From Methanobacteriota archaeon (GTDB taxonomy: Archaea > Thermoplasmatota > Poseidoniia > Poseidoniales > Poseidoniaceae), in assembly GCA_018659375.1 (NCBI GenBank), contig JABJMO010000002.1:9465-73464 (forward strand): a stretch of 64,000 nt of DNA. Reading direction: 5' to 3'. This document shows, in pieces, positions 8,875 through 18,800 of the stretch (within the stretch, counting starts at the first letter, position 1; every line of letters begins with the position of its first letter). Below the pieces are notes generated by a model. That model was not told the origin of the DNA. It did no database searches and saw only the letters and a list, made by a program, of their open reading frames with translations. A program made the position numbers and the translations under genes.

Positions 8875-9842
8875 CAGTCAATATCTTGATCTTCGTCGAA
8901 ACCATCCAGATTATTGTATTCAAAGTTAGCAATCATTGGGTGCAACATAACTTGTATTATTGGCCATAGTCTTAGGAAAGATGGAGAATAATGCCATAGT
9001 AACTTAACCATTGGATGTTGTGAAATCGGCACACCACCTTCTCCTATTGGAGGTGTGTCATCAGGTAAATTGTTCAACCTAGCAACTAAATCTTGTAAAC
9101 TTTGCATCTCTTCAAAATCAATTATTTCTAGTTCTTCACAAGTTTCGATCGACAATTCAATGAGGTCTGCTAACTCTTTGGGGTGTAAGTGAGGGTTTGC
9201 TTGTGAGTCCACATCAATTGGACCAAAGCATACATTACCTAGATCGGTTTCAAGTTCATATTTATCTTGGTACTCCATTTTCATAAGTTTTTGTGATTCT
9301 AAATTACCTAACGGGGCAACAATAAAACCACCATCAGAGATTCGAGATTTGACCCATTGTGGTATCACATCAATTTGCCCAGTCATAATCACTCGGTTAA
9401 ATTCTCCAGGAAAAGCGACAGGTGCAACAGATAAATCTTCGATTCTTCTTATCTCAACCGTTGGCCAATGTGAGAGTCTCTCCTTCGTGTAATCGACTAC
9501 TTCAGAAGATGGATCTAGTACATTCACTCGCCCATTTTCACCGACTATGGTGGCTATTAATGCTGCTAAATATCCACCCTTGCATCCAATGACTATTACT
9601 TCTTGGTCCGTATCTAGTTCCATGTGGTGCAAAAGGCTGATAATCATATGAGGTGCAGAGATTGTTTTGATATTACCTGAATTAGATTCTATGTAGGGCA
9701 CTGGTCTATCCGCGTAAAAAGGCGATACATCATAATCAGTAAAATCTTCTAAATCAACTTGTAACATTGCTTTTCGGATGTGTTTCGGGACTTCTATGCC
9801 CTCTTTGGACAGGCGTCTAAGCAAGTCGGCTGTCCGGGTCAT
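8871..9842 (-). CDS. Protein-L-isoaspartate O-methyltransferase (PIMT)-like methyltransferase with C-terminal extension
   Basis: KTISAPHMIISLL (the ISAPHM pre-motif) and VIVIGCKGGYLAALIA (a variant of the EIGTGSGY SAM-binding loop). About 120 extra C-terminal residues. Confidence 0.6.
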   Translation of the reverse strand: MTRTADLLRRLSKEGIEVPKHIRKAMLQVDLEDFTDYDVSPFYADRPVPYIESNSGNIKTISAPHMIISLLHHMELDTDQEVIVIGCKGGYLAALIATIVGENGRVNVLDPSSEVVDYTKERLSHWPTVEIRRIEDLSVAPVAFPGEFNRVIMTGQIDVIPQWVKSRISDGGFIVAPLGNLESQKLMKMEYQDKYELETDLGNVCFGPIDVDSQANPHLHPKELADLIELSIETCEELEIIDFEEMQSLQDLVARLNNLPDDTPPIGEGGVPISQHPMVKLLWHYSPSFLRLWPIIQVMLHPMIANFEYNNLDGFDEDQDIDW

Positions 9843-9879
9843 ACAACTGGTATAACCTCGTATCTTGTAAATAGTCCCA

Positions 9880-10797
9880 TTAGTTTGATGAAGATGTTAG
9901 TTTTTCCTCAATTACATCATCGATATAACTTAGATTTTCTTGGTGCTCTTTGACAGCTAATTCAATCATTTCTTCCCCGGTAATTCCTTCATACAAATCT
10001 TCATTTAGGTTACCTAATTGAGTTTTAATTGATTTCTTAATATTGTTTAGTAATTGGACCATGTTATCTGTAATGTCCAGTTCCTCACTTTCAGACTCTA
10101 GTACTACAGTTTCGATTAGATTTTTGACTACCTTTGGGTCGGTATAAATTTCATCAAATGATGAGAACATATCATCCATCAAGATTGATTCAATGCGAGC
10201 TAAATGTTCAGAAATAGTAGCTCTAGCTAAACCTATCTCAGTTGCTAAGTCAGAAATCCTTGTTCTCTTAGGGATGTCAAAATATCCTCTGTCATAGGCG
10301 AACTTTGCCAATTTTAACTGTTTTGTGTTAAGCACTGAGCGGTCTAAAGTTGAATTGAAATCTAAACTTCTAGCGCTAATTCTATCGGGTTGAGAAATTA
10401 ACCTAGCTAATGTCGATACCAAGCGTAATTTCAACGGCGGTCCTTGGATTATATAGGTAAGTCCTTCACCATCTAATCTGCACCCTGGTACAGCGCTTGT
10501 TCCGTTAGTTCTAGCATTTAAATTAGATACCGAGTGGTTTAATTTAACCAAAAGGATATAGCTGTCCGAGTTGTCTTTTGGTTCAAGAATCACCTCTAGT
10601 AGTTCCAAGAAATGAAGGTCTTCTATGTCTTTAGGTGAACGCCCCTCACAAAAATTAGCCTTTAGAATAATCCGGATATCTTTGGGTACTCTTTTAACAT
10701 AAGATATAAACTCAAGTTGGTTAAAAATATCGACAATCCCGCCTAAGTCTAAATTGGCAAGACGAGTTCTTTTCCAAAACAGAGTAACCTCGCGCAT
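9880..10797 (-). CDS. Bat-type (HTH_10) helix-turn-helix transcriptional regulator
   Basis: LNTKQLKLAKFAYDRGYFDIPKRTRISDLATEIGLARATISEHLARIESILMDDM is the bacterio-opsin-activator type HTH typical of archaeal regulators. Confidence 0.65.
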   Translation of the reverse strand: MREVTLFWKRTRLANLDLGGIVDIFNQLEFISYVKRVPKDIRIILKANFCEGRSPKDIEDLHFLELLEVILEPKDNSDSYILLVKLNHSVSNLNARTNGTSAVPGCRLDGEGLTYIIQGPPLKLRLVSTLARLISQPDRISARSLDFNSTLDRSVLNTKQLKLAKFAYDRGYFDIPKRTRISDLATEIGLARATISEHLARIESILMDDMFSSFDEIYTDPKVVKNLIETVVLESESEELDITDNMVQLLNNIKKSIKTQLGNLNEDLYEGITGEEMIELAVKEHQENLSYIDDVIEEKLTSSSN

Positions 10798-10846
10798 GAT
10801 TGTACTACTTGCTGCGGATAAATAATATCTGTTGAAATTAGTTTAC

Positions 10847-11482
10847 TCAATTTCTCATCTCTAACCAAGCCAAAAAGGAAACAATTGGCAGTAATATCAA
10901 CAATATCCTGTTTAATTTATTCTGATAGTCATTATACTCATGTGAAGCTATTGGGTTGACTTCTATAGATTTAGCTTTACGTGATCTTCGCAATACTCCA
11001 ACTTTGTCTTCAACCCTTTTTAGAACCCGATTTCTTAATTCAGGAGAAGAACTCTTATGATTACCCCTGCCGACAATAAACTTTACAGTAGTTGTTTCAG
11101 CGATTTCTAGAGCCCCATCTACAACTCCCTCTACGTTAGTAAGATTGTGCATATCTATTCTTAGGTTCATTCCATCGCTTGAGATATGACTCAAGGTTCG
11201 CCATTTACCTTGCCCTTCACTGAACTTGGATAATCTTTCTCTTGCCTCAATAAGAGGTTCTTTAGTGAGCATTACTGGTTTTTTCCTTCGAGCCAAGAAT
11301 GGTCCAAGCAAGATTGAGAACATGAATGGGGGGAAGCACATCAAAGAAATCGTTCTTTGAACATTCTCAGCGTCAGTAAGTACCGAAATTGTGGCAAGAG
11401 AAAAACCGAGATAGAGACCAATTAATCCACCGGCTTGGAAGCCCATGGTAAGTCCAACGGGTTGACCAACTTCATCTGCCAT
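10847..11482 (-). CDS. Membrane-anchored Smr-domain protein
   Basis: N-terminal hydrophobic helices, then LRIDMHNLTNVEG...VKFIVGRGNHKSSSPELRNRVLKRV. This resembles the Smr core (DLHG ... IxHGKGxHS). There is a C-terminal TM helix. Confidence 0.5.
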   Translation of the reverse strand: MADEVGQPVGLTMGFQAGGLIGLYLGFSLATISVLTDAENVQRTISLMCFPPFMFSILLGPFLARRKKPVMLTKEPLIEARERLSKFSEGQGKWRTLSHISSDGMNLRIDMHNLTNVEGVVDGALEIAETTTVKFIVGRGNHKSSSPELRNRVLKRVEDKVGVLRRSRKAKSIEVNPIASHEYNDYQNKLNRILLILLPIVSFLAWLEMRN

Positions 11483-11551
11483 ATCACGGCCAAAGCAGGA
11501 TTATAAAAGAATACTTTGACCTGAATTCATTATAAGTCGTTTCCTGTTAGG

Positions 11552-12277
11552 GTGTATGTGAACAAGAACGGATTAACCTCTCGTGACCGTGAGAGGAAGG
11601 TTGGGAACTGGGTTTTCTACGTCTCAGGTTTCTTTCTTATCTCTTTTTTTGTGGCCCCGATGTTGGTTGGCACTGGTGAAGTACCTCCTTTGGAAGCCAG
11701 AGCAAATGCTTTTGATTATGCAACAAGTGACGGTCTTTGGTCATCAGGAAATGATAATTCGCAGGATGACTTTGCATGGACGGAATTAGATCCTTACTCA
11801 GCCTTAGCCTATGGCTTTGGAGACCTCAACTGTCATCAAAAATACGAGAGGTCTTGGATAATAAACGAGAATCAAATGCCAGTTTGTACCAGAGATGTTG
11901 GTATCTTTTTCGGGCTTGCTATGGGAGGCTTTTGGTTTTCGAGGAAAGGCTATAACCGCTGGACTGTGAAAGATACTTGTCTTTCTTTATTGCCAGATAG
12001 TTGGTTGCAGGGTACTTATCTAAATAACCGCAGAACCATAGTTTGGCTTTTGTGCGGTGTAGCACTTTGTTTGCCATTAATCCTTGATGGTTTCACTCAA
12101 TTACTAACTTCTTATGAATCAAATAACATTACTCGTCCGCTCACGGGCATTGGTTTTGGTGTTGGCTTGGGAGTATTAATCAGTGCCACTTATTCTGCTA
12201 AGTCCAAATATTTCAAATCAGCATCAAATGTCGCTTTGCCAGGTGGAATGAAGTTTCAACTCGTCGAAGAAGAGTAG
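11552..12277 (+). CDS. DUF2085-like integral membrane protein
   Basis: CHQKYERSWIINENQMPVCTRDVGIFFG fits the DUF2085 signature (CHQ..RSF ... PvCaRCtGiy.G). It has several TM helices. Confidence 0.55.
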   Translation: MYVNKNGLTSRDRERKVGNWVFYVSGFFLISFFVAPMLVGTGEVPPLEARANAFDYATSDGLWSSGNDNSQDDFAWTELDPYSALAYGFGDLNCHQKYERSWIINENQMPVCTRDVGIFFGLAMGGFWFSRKGYNRWTVKDTCLSLLPDSWLQGTYLNNRRTIVWLLCGVALCLPLILDGFTQLLTSYESNNITRPLTGIGFGVGLGVLISATYSAKSKYFKSASNVALPGGMKFQLVEEE

Positions 12278-12278
12278 A

Positions 12279-13631
12279 TTAAGGCGGAAGAGTTTTCCAC
12301 CAAACGATCAGTTCTTCTGTACTACTAGGCACGGGACATTCAAGATGTCCGCTGGTAAGTATTACTAATCTAGCAATTACGTCTCCAACACATTTTTTAA
12401 GTTGATAAGCAGGTAATTTTGCTGGATTATTTTGAATAATTTCTTCTAAACAAAACTCCCATCCACTTCCGGGATTAGCCCTTCGCCAAGACGATATTGA
12501 TGTCCTTAAGGGCCACATTGCCAAAGCAAGTCTGCCAAAACCTAGACGCTCTTCCCTAAGTTTGAACACTTTCGCATCAGAGAATGGTACGTGGTTGAAT
12601 TGTTTATTAATCCACTTTTCTTCTTCTAACCACTTAACTAATCGTTGTGTATGTCTTCTTGTTATCATTCTGTGAGGGCCAAGAAGTTTATGCAACTTCG
12701 GCACCTCAGTCGAGCCACCAATAATGGATAAAGAACCAAGTATTGACCAAGAAGATAGTGAAAATGGATTAATTGGGACGTCAAACTCCTTAGCTGATTT
12801 TTTAGGCCAATTATTTTCTGCAAATTCCATCCATTTCGCAGGAGAAATATTTGCTAACCAACCCTCATGTATGGCGGTCATGTTTTTTGGCGCACCAGGG
12901 AGTCTTGTTTGAGTTTCCAAATTACCAACCATCTTAGAAAGTAAGTATCTATCAACTTTGTCGCTATCTACATTTAACGGAGCTGGTTTCTTGTTAAAGA
13001 AAGTTCTAAGAGTATCACTTAGTTTTTTCTTTAATTCATCTAATCCTGATTCATTTAAGATAGGCCCAACAACCTGGCATTTATCAAATGGGTCTGGGAC
13101 GCTAATTTTGCCAGATAATAAATCTCTAAAGCCATTACGTATTTGCTTTTGAATTTCGGTAGTTTCAAAATACTCTTGCTTATTACTAGTCATTCTTAAG
13201 GTTCCAGATCGAATCCTTTTCATGGCCTTTGCAGGGTCGCAGTCTATCCAAATTACCAAATCTGGAATCATTGCGGCTGCATTCATTTTTACAACGTCTT
13301 CAATCCCTAGATCTCCAACAATTCCCTGGTAAATCATTGAAGAATGTATATTTCGATCCGATACTACGACCTGTCCTTTCTCGAGCAAAGGTTTGATGAT
13401 GGTATGGGAATGGTCTAATCGGTCTGCTGCGAACAAACCAGCTTCTTGTAAAGGGGTTTTGTCACCTTTCATTACTGATTCAAGAGCCAATTTTCCTAAT
13501 TCACTATGCCGTCTAGGTTCGTGCGTCGAATATATTTTCGGAAATGGGAACTCATTTAGAATTTCACCAATTATCCTAGCAGCCTCTCCTTTACCAGAAC
13601 CGTCTCCTCCTTCGACTGAAATGAGGTACAT
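12279..13631 (-). CDS. tmk: Thymidylate kinase fused to a roughly 235-aa C-terminal domain of unknown function
   Basis: N-terminus YLISVEGGDGSGKGEAA (P-loop), STHEPRR, LFAADRLDHSHTIIKP, VVSDRNIHSSMIYQG and PDLVIWIDCD together give the full Tmk motif set. Residues from about 216 to 450 carry no motif I recognise. Confidence 0.75.
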   Translation of the reverse strand: MYLISVEGGDGSGKGEAARIIGEILNEFPFPKIYSTHEPRRHSELGKLALESVMKGDKTPLQEAGLFAADRLDHSHTIIKPLLEKGQVVVSDRNIHSSMIYQGIVGDLGIEDVVKMNAAAMIPDLVIWIDCDPAKAMKRIRSGTLRMTSNKQEYFETTEIQKQIRNGFRDLLSGKISVPDPFDKCQVVGPILNESGLDELKKKLSDTLRTFFNKKPAPLNVDSDKVDRYLLSKMVGNLETQTRLPGAPKNMTAIHEGWLANISPAKWMEFAENNWPKKSAKEFDVPINPFSLSSWSILGSLSIIGGSTEVPKLHKLLGPHRMITRRHTQRLVKWLEEEKWINKQFNHVPFSDAKVFKLREERLGFGRLALAMWPLRTSISSWRRANPGSGWEFCLEEIIQNNPAKLPAYQLKKCVGDVIARLVILTSGHLECPVPSSTEELIVWWKTLPP

Positions 13632-13634
13632 TTT

Positions 13635-14480
13635 TCATTCCTCAAGATAATCTTCATACTGGTCTTTTACCAGCGAATTTAACGCCATCCCAGCCAAAAT
13701 CAAAATTGGTCCTATCCAAATAAGCCCACGGCTAAACAAACTTATTCCAGCAAGGTATTGTGTTCTTCTGTATCGCGATGCTCTTCTAGTTTCTACCGAT
13801 GCTTGTATTCCAACAAAACCAGTGATAATGGTCATCACTCCGAGAAATGTGGATAGAGCGACAGCTGCTTCAAGAGTCCATCCGCCTTCACTGCCAACAA
13901 AGTCTTCTTGTATTATGGTAGAAGATTCGCCACTCTTCATAGTAAAAGGACTCATTAATCCATCTTCGGCAATAAATGTGCGCTCAAGGCTGCTAAAATC
14001 TTCTTTCACAACCCTAATTACCATTGTTTCTGGTTTGACGTCTTCCAACTGGAAGTATCCATTGTCATTTGTAATGACTGTTTGAATTACCGAATTTGAA
14101 TTATCTTCGTACAATTGTATAGTTGCATTGTTTATCGCGACCCCGTCATCAGTCAGAACCTGACCAGTCAAATCTACTGTTTCAGCCTCATTAAATAGCG
14201 AAGAATTTAGCAAATCATCCGGGTTCCCTTGAAGCAGTATTCCACCACTAATGATTCCTAAGATACTACCTATCAGTATTGCAATGGCGGCAATCATGCG
14301 TAATTTAGAACGTTCATCATAATCTAAATCAATCATAGGCTTGACGACGATTTCCTCTTCCATAATTTCATCATTTTGGTCAAAATCGGAATAGTGTACT
14401 TGCTCATTTGGAGAATCAATTTGTGATTGAACACGTTTCCTTAGTTCGGACCTGCGTTGCTCATAAGTTTTCTCAGCCAT
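13635..14480 (-). CDS. Membrane protein with extracellular carboxypeptidase-regulatory-like (CarboxypepD_reg) beta-sandwich domain
   Basis: LTGQVLTDDGVAINNATIQLYEDNSNSVIQTVITNDNGYFQLEDVKPETMVIRVVKEDF is the typical CarboxypepD_reg pattern. It is flanked by TM helices. Confidence 0.5.
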   Translation of the reverse strand: MAEKTYEQRRSELRKRVQSQIDSPNEQVHYSDFDQNDEIMEEEIVVKPMIDLDYDERSKLRMIAAIAILIGSILGIISGGILLQGNPDDLLNSSLFNEAETVDLTGQVLTDDGVAINNATIQLYEDNSNSVIQTVITNDNGYFQLEDVKPETMVIRVVKEDFSSLERTFIAEDGLMSPFTMKSGESSTIIQEDFVGSEGGWTLEAAVALSTFLGVMTIITGFVGIQASVETRRASRYRRTQYLAGISLFSRGLIWIGPILILAGMALNSLVKDQYEDYLEE

Positions 14481-14551
14481 TACATGCCCTCCATGATGTT
14501 ACGGTAGTGTGCGCGGATAATACCTCTTCCCCTGTTTGTCCGCGCTTACAT

Positions 14552-15772
14552 TCACCTTTTGACAGAAATATCTGCCACTAATATCAGTAATAGTATAGTT
14601 GAAACCACAATGATTGCTAGATATCCAATTAAATTACTTTTGGAGGCCTTGTCTAGATTTTCCGGTTCGTCAGTCTGTGAATTACTGTTGCCAGTGCTGT
14701 TAAGGTCTTGTTCACTGGTAATGTCGTCTACTAAAGTCCAAGCAGAAGTCCTCAAACCAAGTTCTAGAATATAGCCGATATAGGTAAGTGACTCCGAACT
14801 TACTTTATCTGGAGTATCGCTTTGTGTGTGCCAATGGCCTGCAAAAGCAGATGCGTTTTCACCATAATTTATGTCAATTAGATTAATTGCTGGAATTCCT
14901 GCATTGTGTGCTGCGACATGGTCGTCTATTACTCCCCTCTCATCATTTGGATCTGGATTGTAGATATCTTGGCCGTTTTCACCATCACAGTCTAACTCAC
15001 CCTCAATCATCCCAAGGGCGGCCGCGATTGGCGTAATTGTCTCCCACAGGGAATCAGAGGTGCTAGTTACTCTTGTGAAGTCAAGAAAAGAGTCACCTAT
15101 CATGTCAATTACGATGTATGCAGAGATATTATCTTTGTAATCGCTGGTCAAATTACTAACCCATGCATCGGCTCCGTAAGACCAAGTATCTGCCTTGAAA
15201 GGCTGTCCTTGGTCCTCAGCATCGGTAAAAAACAGAGTCACATCATGATTAATCTGCAATGATGGTATTATTCGCCCGATTTCCATCAATACAGCAACGC
15301 CACTAGCTCCATCATTTGCGCCCAAAATTGGTTGGTCTCTTTTTGATTCATCAGCATCTCTGTCTGCGATGTATCTACTATCATAGTGAGCTACAAATAT
15401 TATATTTTGTCCGGAGGTATTTTCGGGGCTGAAACTTCCAACTAGGTTTGTTAGGTTGAAGTTCTCTCTTTGGTGAGAAGATTCAGTAAAGGACCACTGT
15501 GTTAGATTTTCAGTGACGGATTGGCGTAGTTCTGCAGAGGCGTTAGATCCGGGAAGGCGATAGCCTAAACCGGTTTGCCAAGACACAGATTGATTGGCTT
15601 TAGTACCGTTAAACTGTAATTCTGAAATATCTTGACATGGTTCGCTTCCTTGGTATATACGCTGAGAGTTGTCTGATGAAATAGCAGTTGAAAGAACCAT
15701 AATGGAAGCCAGAAATAGACTAGAGAAGACTCTCAGTTTCAAATTAGTAGCAAGCGGTTTGACAATGAGCAT
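14552..15772 (-). CDS. Secreted M28-family zinc aminopeptidase with C-terminal membrane anchor
   Basis: N-terminal signal-like segment. NIIFVAHYDSR, GANDGASGVAVLMEIGR and VTLFFTDAEDQG are M28 metal-ligand blocks. The C-terminus has the TM helix LIGYLAIIVVSTILLLILV. Confidence 0.7.
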   Translation of the reverse strand: MLIVKPLATNLKLRVFSSLFLASIMVLSTAISSDNSQRIYQGSEPCQDISELQFNGTKANQSVSWQTGLGYRLPGSNASAELRQSVTENLTQWSFTESSHQRENFNLTNLVGSFSPENTSGQNIIFVAHYDSRYIADRDADESKRDQPILGANDGASGVAVLMEIGRIIPSLQINHDVTLFFTDAEDQGQPFKADTWSYGADAWVSNLTSDYKDNISAYIVIDMIGDSFLDFTRVTSTSDSLWETITPIAAALGMIEGELDCDGENGQDIYNPDPNDERGVIDDHVAAHNAGIPAINLIDINYGENASAFAGHWHTQSDTPDKVSSESLTYIGYILELGLRTSAWTLVDDITSEQDLNSTGNSNSQTDEPENLDKASKSNLIGYLAIIVVSTILLLILVADISVKR

Positions 15773-15858
15773 TACTGACTCCTAACAGACGGACACTTAA
15801 ATACTTCTTTTTCACTGCTCAATTTGAATGCAAGGTTGCATTTAGTTGGGTCTCTAAC

Positions 15859-18800
15859 ATGTCGGAAAAACGCTCTATAAAATCACTGTTTTTAATCGGC
15901 ATAATGGTAATTTCATTTTTGACCCCGATTTTATCTCCAGCATCCGCTGATGAACAGGCAGATAGCGAGCCTAAAGAGTATGATGCTACGGGGATTATCA
16001 TCGGAGATTTAGCAGATTTTAACCCTGCAGAGGGCCGGGAATACTTGCTTATTGAAGAGAATACCCCGGTGGTCTCAGCATACGGTTTCATGAAACAAGC
16101 GTGGATTGATTCTGGCAGACCTGGAGTTCAAGACATGAAGTATGAGCCGGTTACCAACAGTAGAGCAAATGGTAGAGTCTGTACGCCTCACTTGACCGGA
16201 GATACACTTACAGTTCCGATTTCAGGTGGTTCCATTGACGCATACGTTGCCAAAACTACCAACACCGTGGCGTTTATTGTTCAATCAGGTAGGACTCTAT
16301 CGTCAACTGTGTTGAATAATCTCGCATCCTCATGGGACTCAACAATCTACCCCACAATGACTACCTACTACGGTAAGGATTACGGCGATGGCCGCGGGCT
16401 TGCGGCGCCAGATATAGATAACAATTGTCAAGTCCAAATTATAGTGTACGATATCGATGGGGCTTTCAATACAGGCGGCTATTTTGCTCCATCATTTGCT
16501 AGTGCAAGGGAATCTGTTTTCATAGACTTTGCCGATATAACTCTAAACTGGGGGAAGTCCATTATTGCACACGAATTACAACATTTACTTCACAATGCTC
16601 AAGACCCTTACGAAAATCTATGGATTGATGAAGGTAATGCTGACGTAGCAATCTATCTCTGTTTTGGACCAGATTCAACTCTAGTTAGTCATCTAAATCA
16701 ATGGACAGAAGCGCCTGAATTATCAATACGATGGTGGAATCAAAGATTTGCAGATTACGGTGCTGGATTTATTTTCACAATGTATTTGGCAGATCATTTG
16801 GGAGGCGGTCCAGCTGTTAGACAATTAGTCCAAGACTCTGCAACAGGTGGGGTAAGCGTTCAAAATTTGGCATTATCACCTCCTTCTGGTTCATCCGGAG
16901 CAATTGGCAGGACCATGGGTGAGATTTTTGCTAATTTCTCAGTAGCGTCATTTTTGGATTCTGAACAAGGTATTTACGGGTTTTCAAACCTAGACTTAAC
17001 TCCAGTTTGCAGTTCCAATTCTTTTTGCCGTGCTCAACCAACCGAAATCAACAGCGATTGGAGCACACCATGGTCTTCGACCGGTAACAGTGTCGAAGGA
17101 TGGGGCCTTAGAGGGTTCAAATTCACTCCTGGTTCTTCATCTCCTGCACCTTTAACAATCCGTTTGACTGCAGATGTCAGTCAATTCGATGGTGTTATCG
17201 TTAGCAAATCAATGGTTGATGGGCTATTATCAGTAACAGACTTAAATTTCCAAAATAATGTTGCCACTGCACTTGTCCCCGGTTTTGGTAACTTAACCGA
17301 CGAAGTATGGGCCATAACGTGGTATGCGAGTACTGTAGCTGATTGCGATTACACTTCTTGTGGCTCATCTTATCCCCAAGGAACGGTAGATGTCGAGGCT
17401 GCAAGAATAACATCACCGGCTACTTTAACGATTAATAACTCGATTTTATCCGACAGAGATGGTGATAGTAATGATGACACAGTACAGGTGAATTTTGATG
17501 TTTTCTCAAACGCATTTTTCGAAGATTTAGATGTTGATATCAGCATAATGGATTCCAGCGGTAATACTGTTGATGAAAGAACTTCTAGGATTTCTGCCGG
17601 TGGTGGCGCTAACTCAAATAGTAACATTTGGTTTACCGCTCCGCTGGATAATCAATATACGGTTAAATTTGAGATGTATGATATGATTGGGACTCTAGTA
17701 GACACCGTTTCAACCCAGGCTTGGGACTTATCCAACATGCGCCCAACTGCAAATGCCTCTGTTTCCGCTAATGCATCTCAAACCTGGGAAAACATTCAGT
17801 TTGTTGGGGATGGATTTGATGCATGGGGTTTGTCCCTAGATAACAATACATTGCCATACCTAGACCAACCTGTGGCTTATGCTTGGGATTTCGGTGATTC
17901 GATTAGTTCTAATTTGAAATCTCCAACACGTTCGTATCAACAGACTGGCTTGTTCAACGCAACTTTGCGAATCATGGATCAAGGAAATACCTGGTCAGAA
18001 ACAGATGTTGTTGTGATTAATGTTACCGATGATTCTGTGCCAATTCCGGTAATTACTGTCAATAACGTCGTTATTACTGATAACATAAGCATTTTGACCG
18101 ACCAAACAATACAATTTTCTGCTTCTCGAACTGTAGACAACGTGCCTCTAAATAATCTAGACTTCCAATGGGAGTGGGGGGACGGGACACTAGACTTTGA
18201 AACGGGTAAATACTTAGCACAACATAAGTGGGATCCCATTGACAAGGAAGTAGAAGATTACAATTTGACGCTGTCTGTTTTTGATGGATTTAATACAGGC
18301 GTTATCTCAATCACTGTATTTGTCAATAACAGGGTTCCATACCAAATCTTTTCGGACAATTTGACAACCTATACTTACACCTCAGTCCCAATGCCTGATG
18401 TATTTACGGATGATGATGGGACAATTGTCTCTTATGAGTGGAGTTTTCCTGAAGGGGTAAATTTGAACGGTGGTATTACCGATCAAGATGATGATTTCTT
18501 ACAGACTTCCTCGACTAACACTTATCCTAATCCTTCATGGGATTTACCGGGGATAAAAACCGTACTCCTAACAGTAACTGATGACGATGGTAGCCAATCA
18601 ACTGCTCAATTATATGTTAATGTACTAAACCAAATTCCTGTGGCTGACTTTATTGTAAGAGTTACCGATAATGGAGAAACGTCAGCTATTGATTTTAGAG
18701 CAGAGGACGGCTTTGTCGATGTTCCATACACATTTGACGGCATCTCATCTTACGATATAGATTCGACTACGGGTGATTCTACTGGACTGGTTTACAACTG

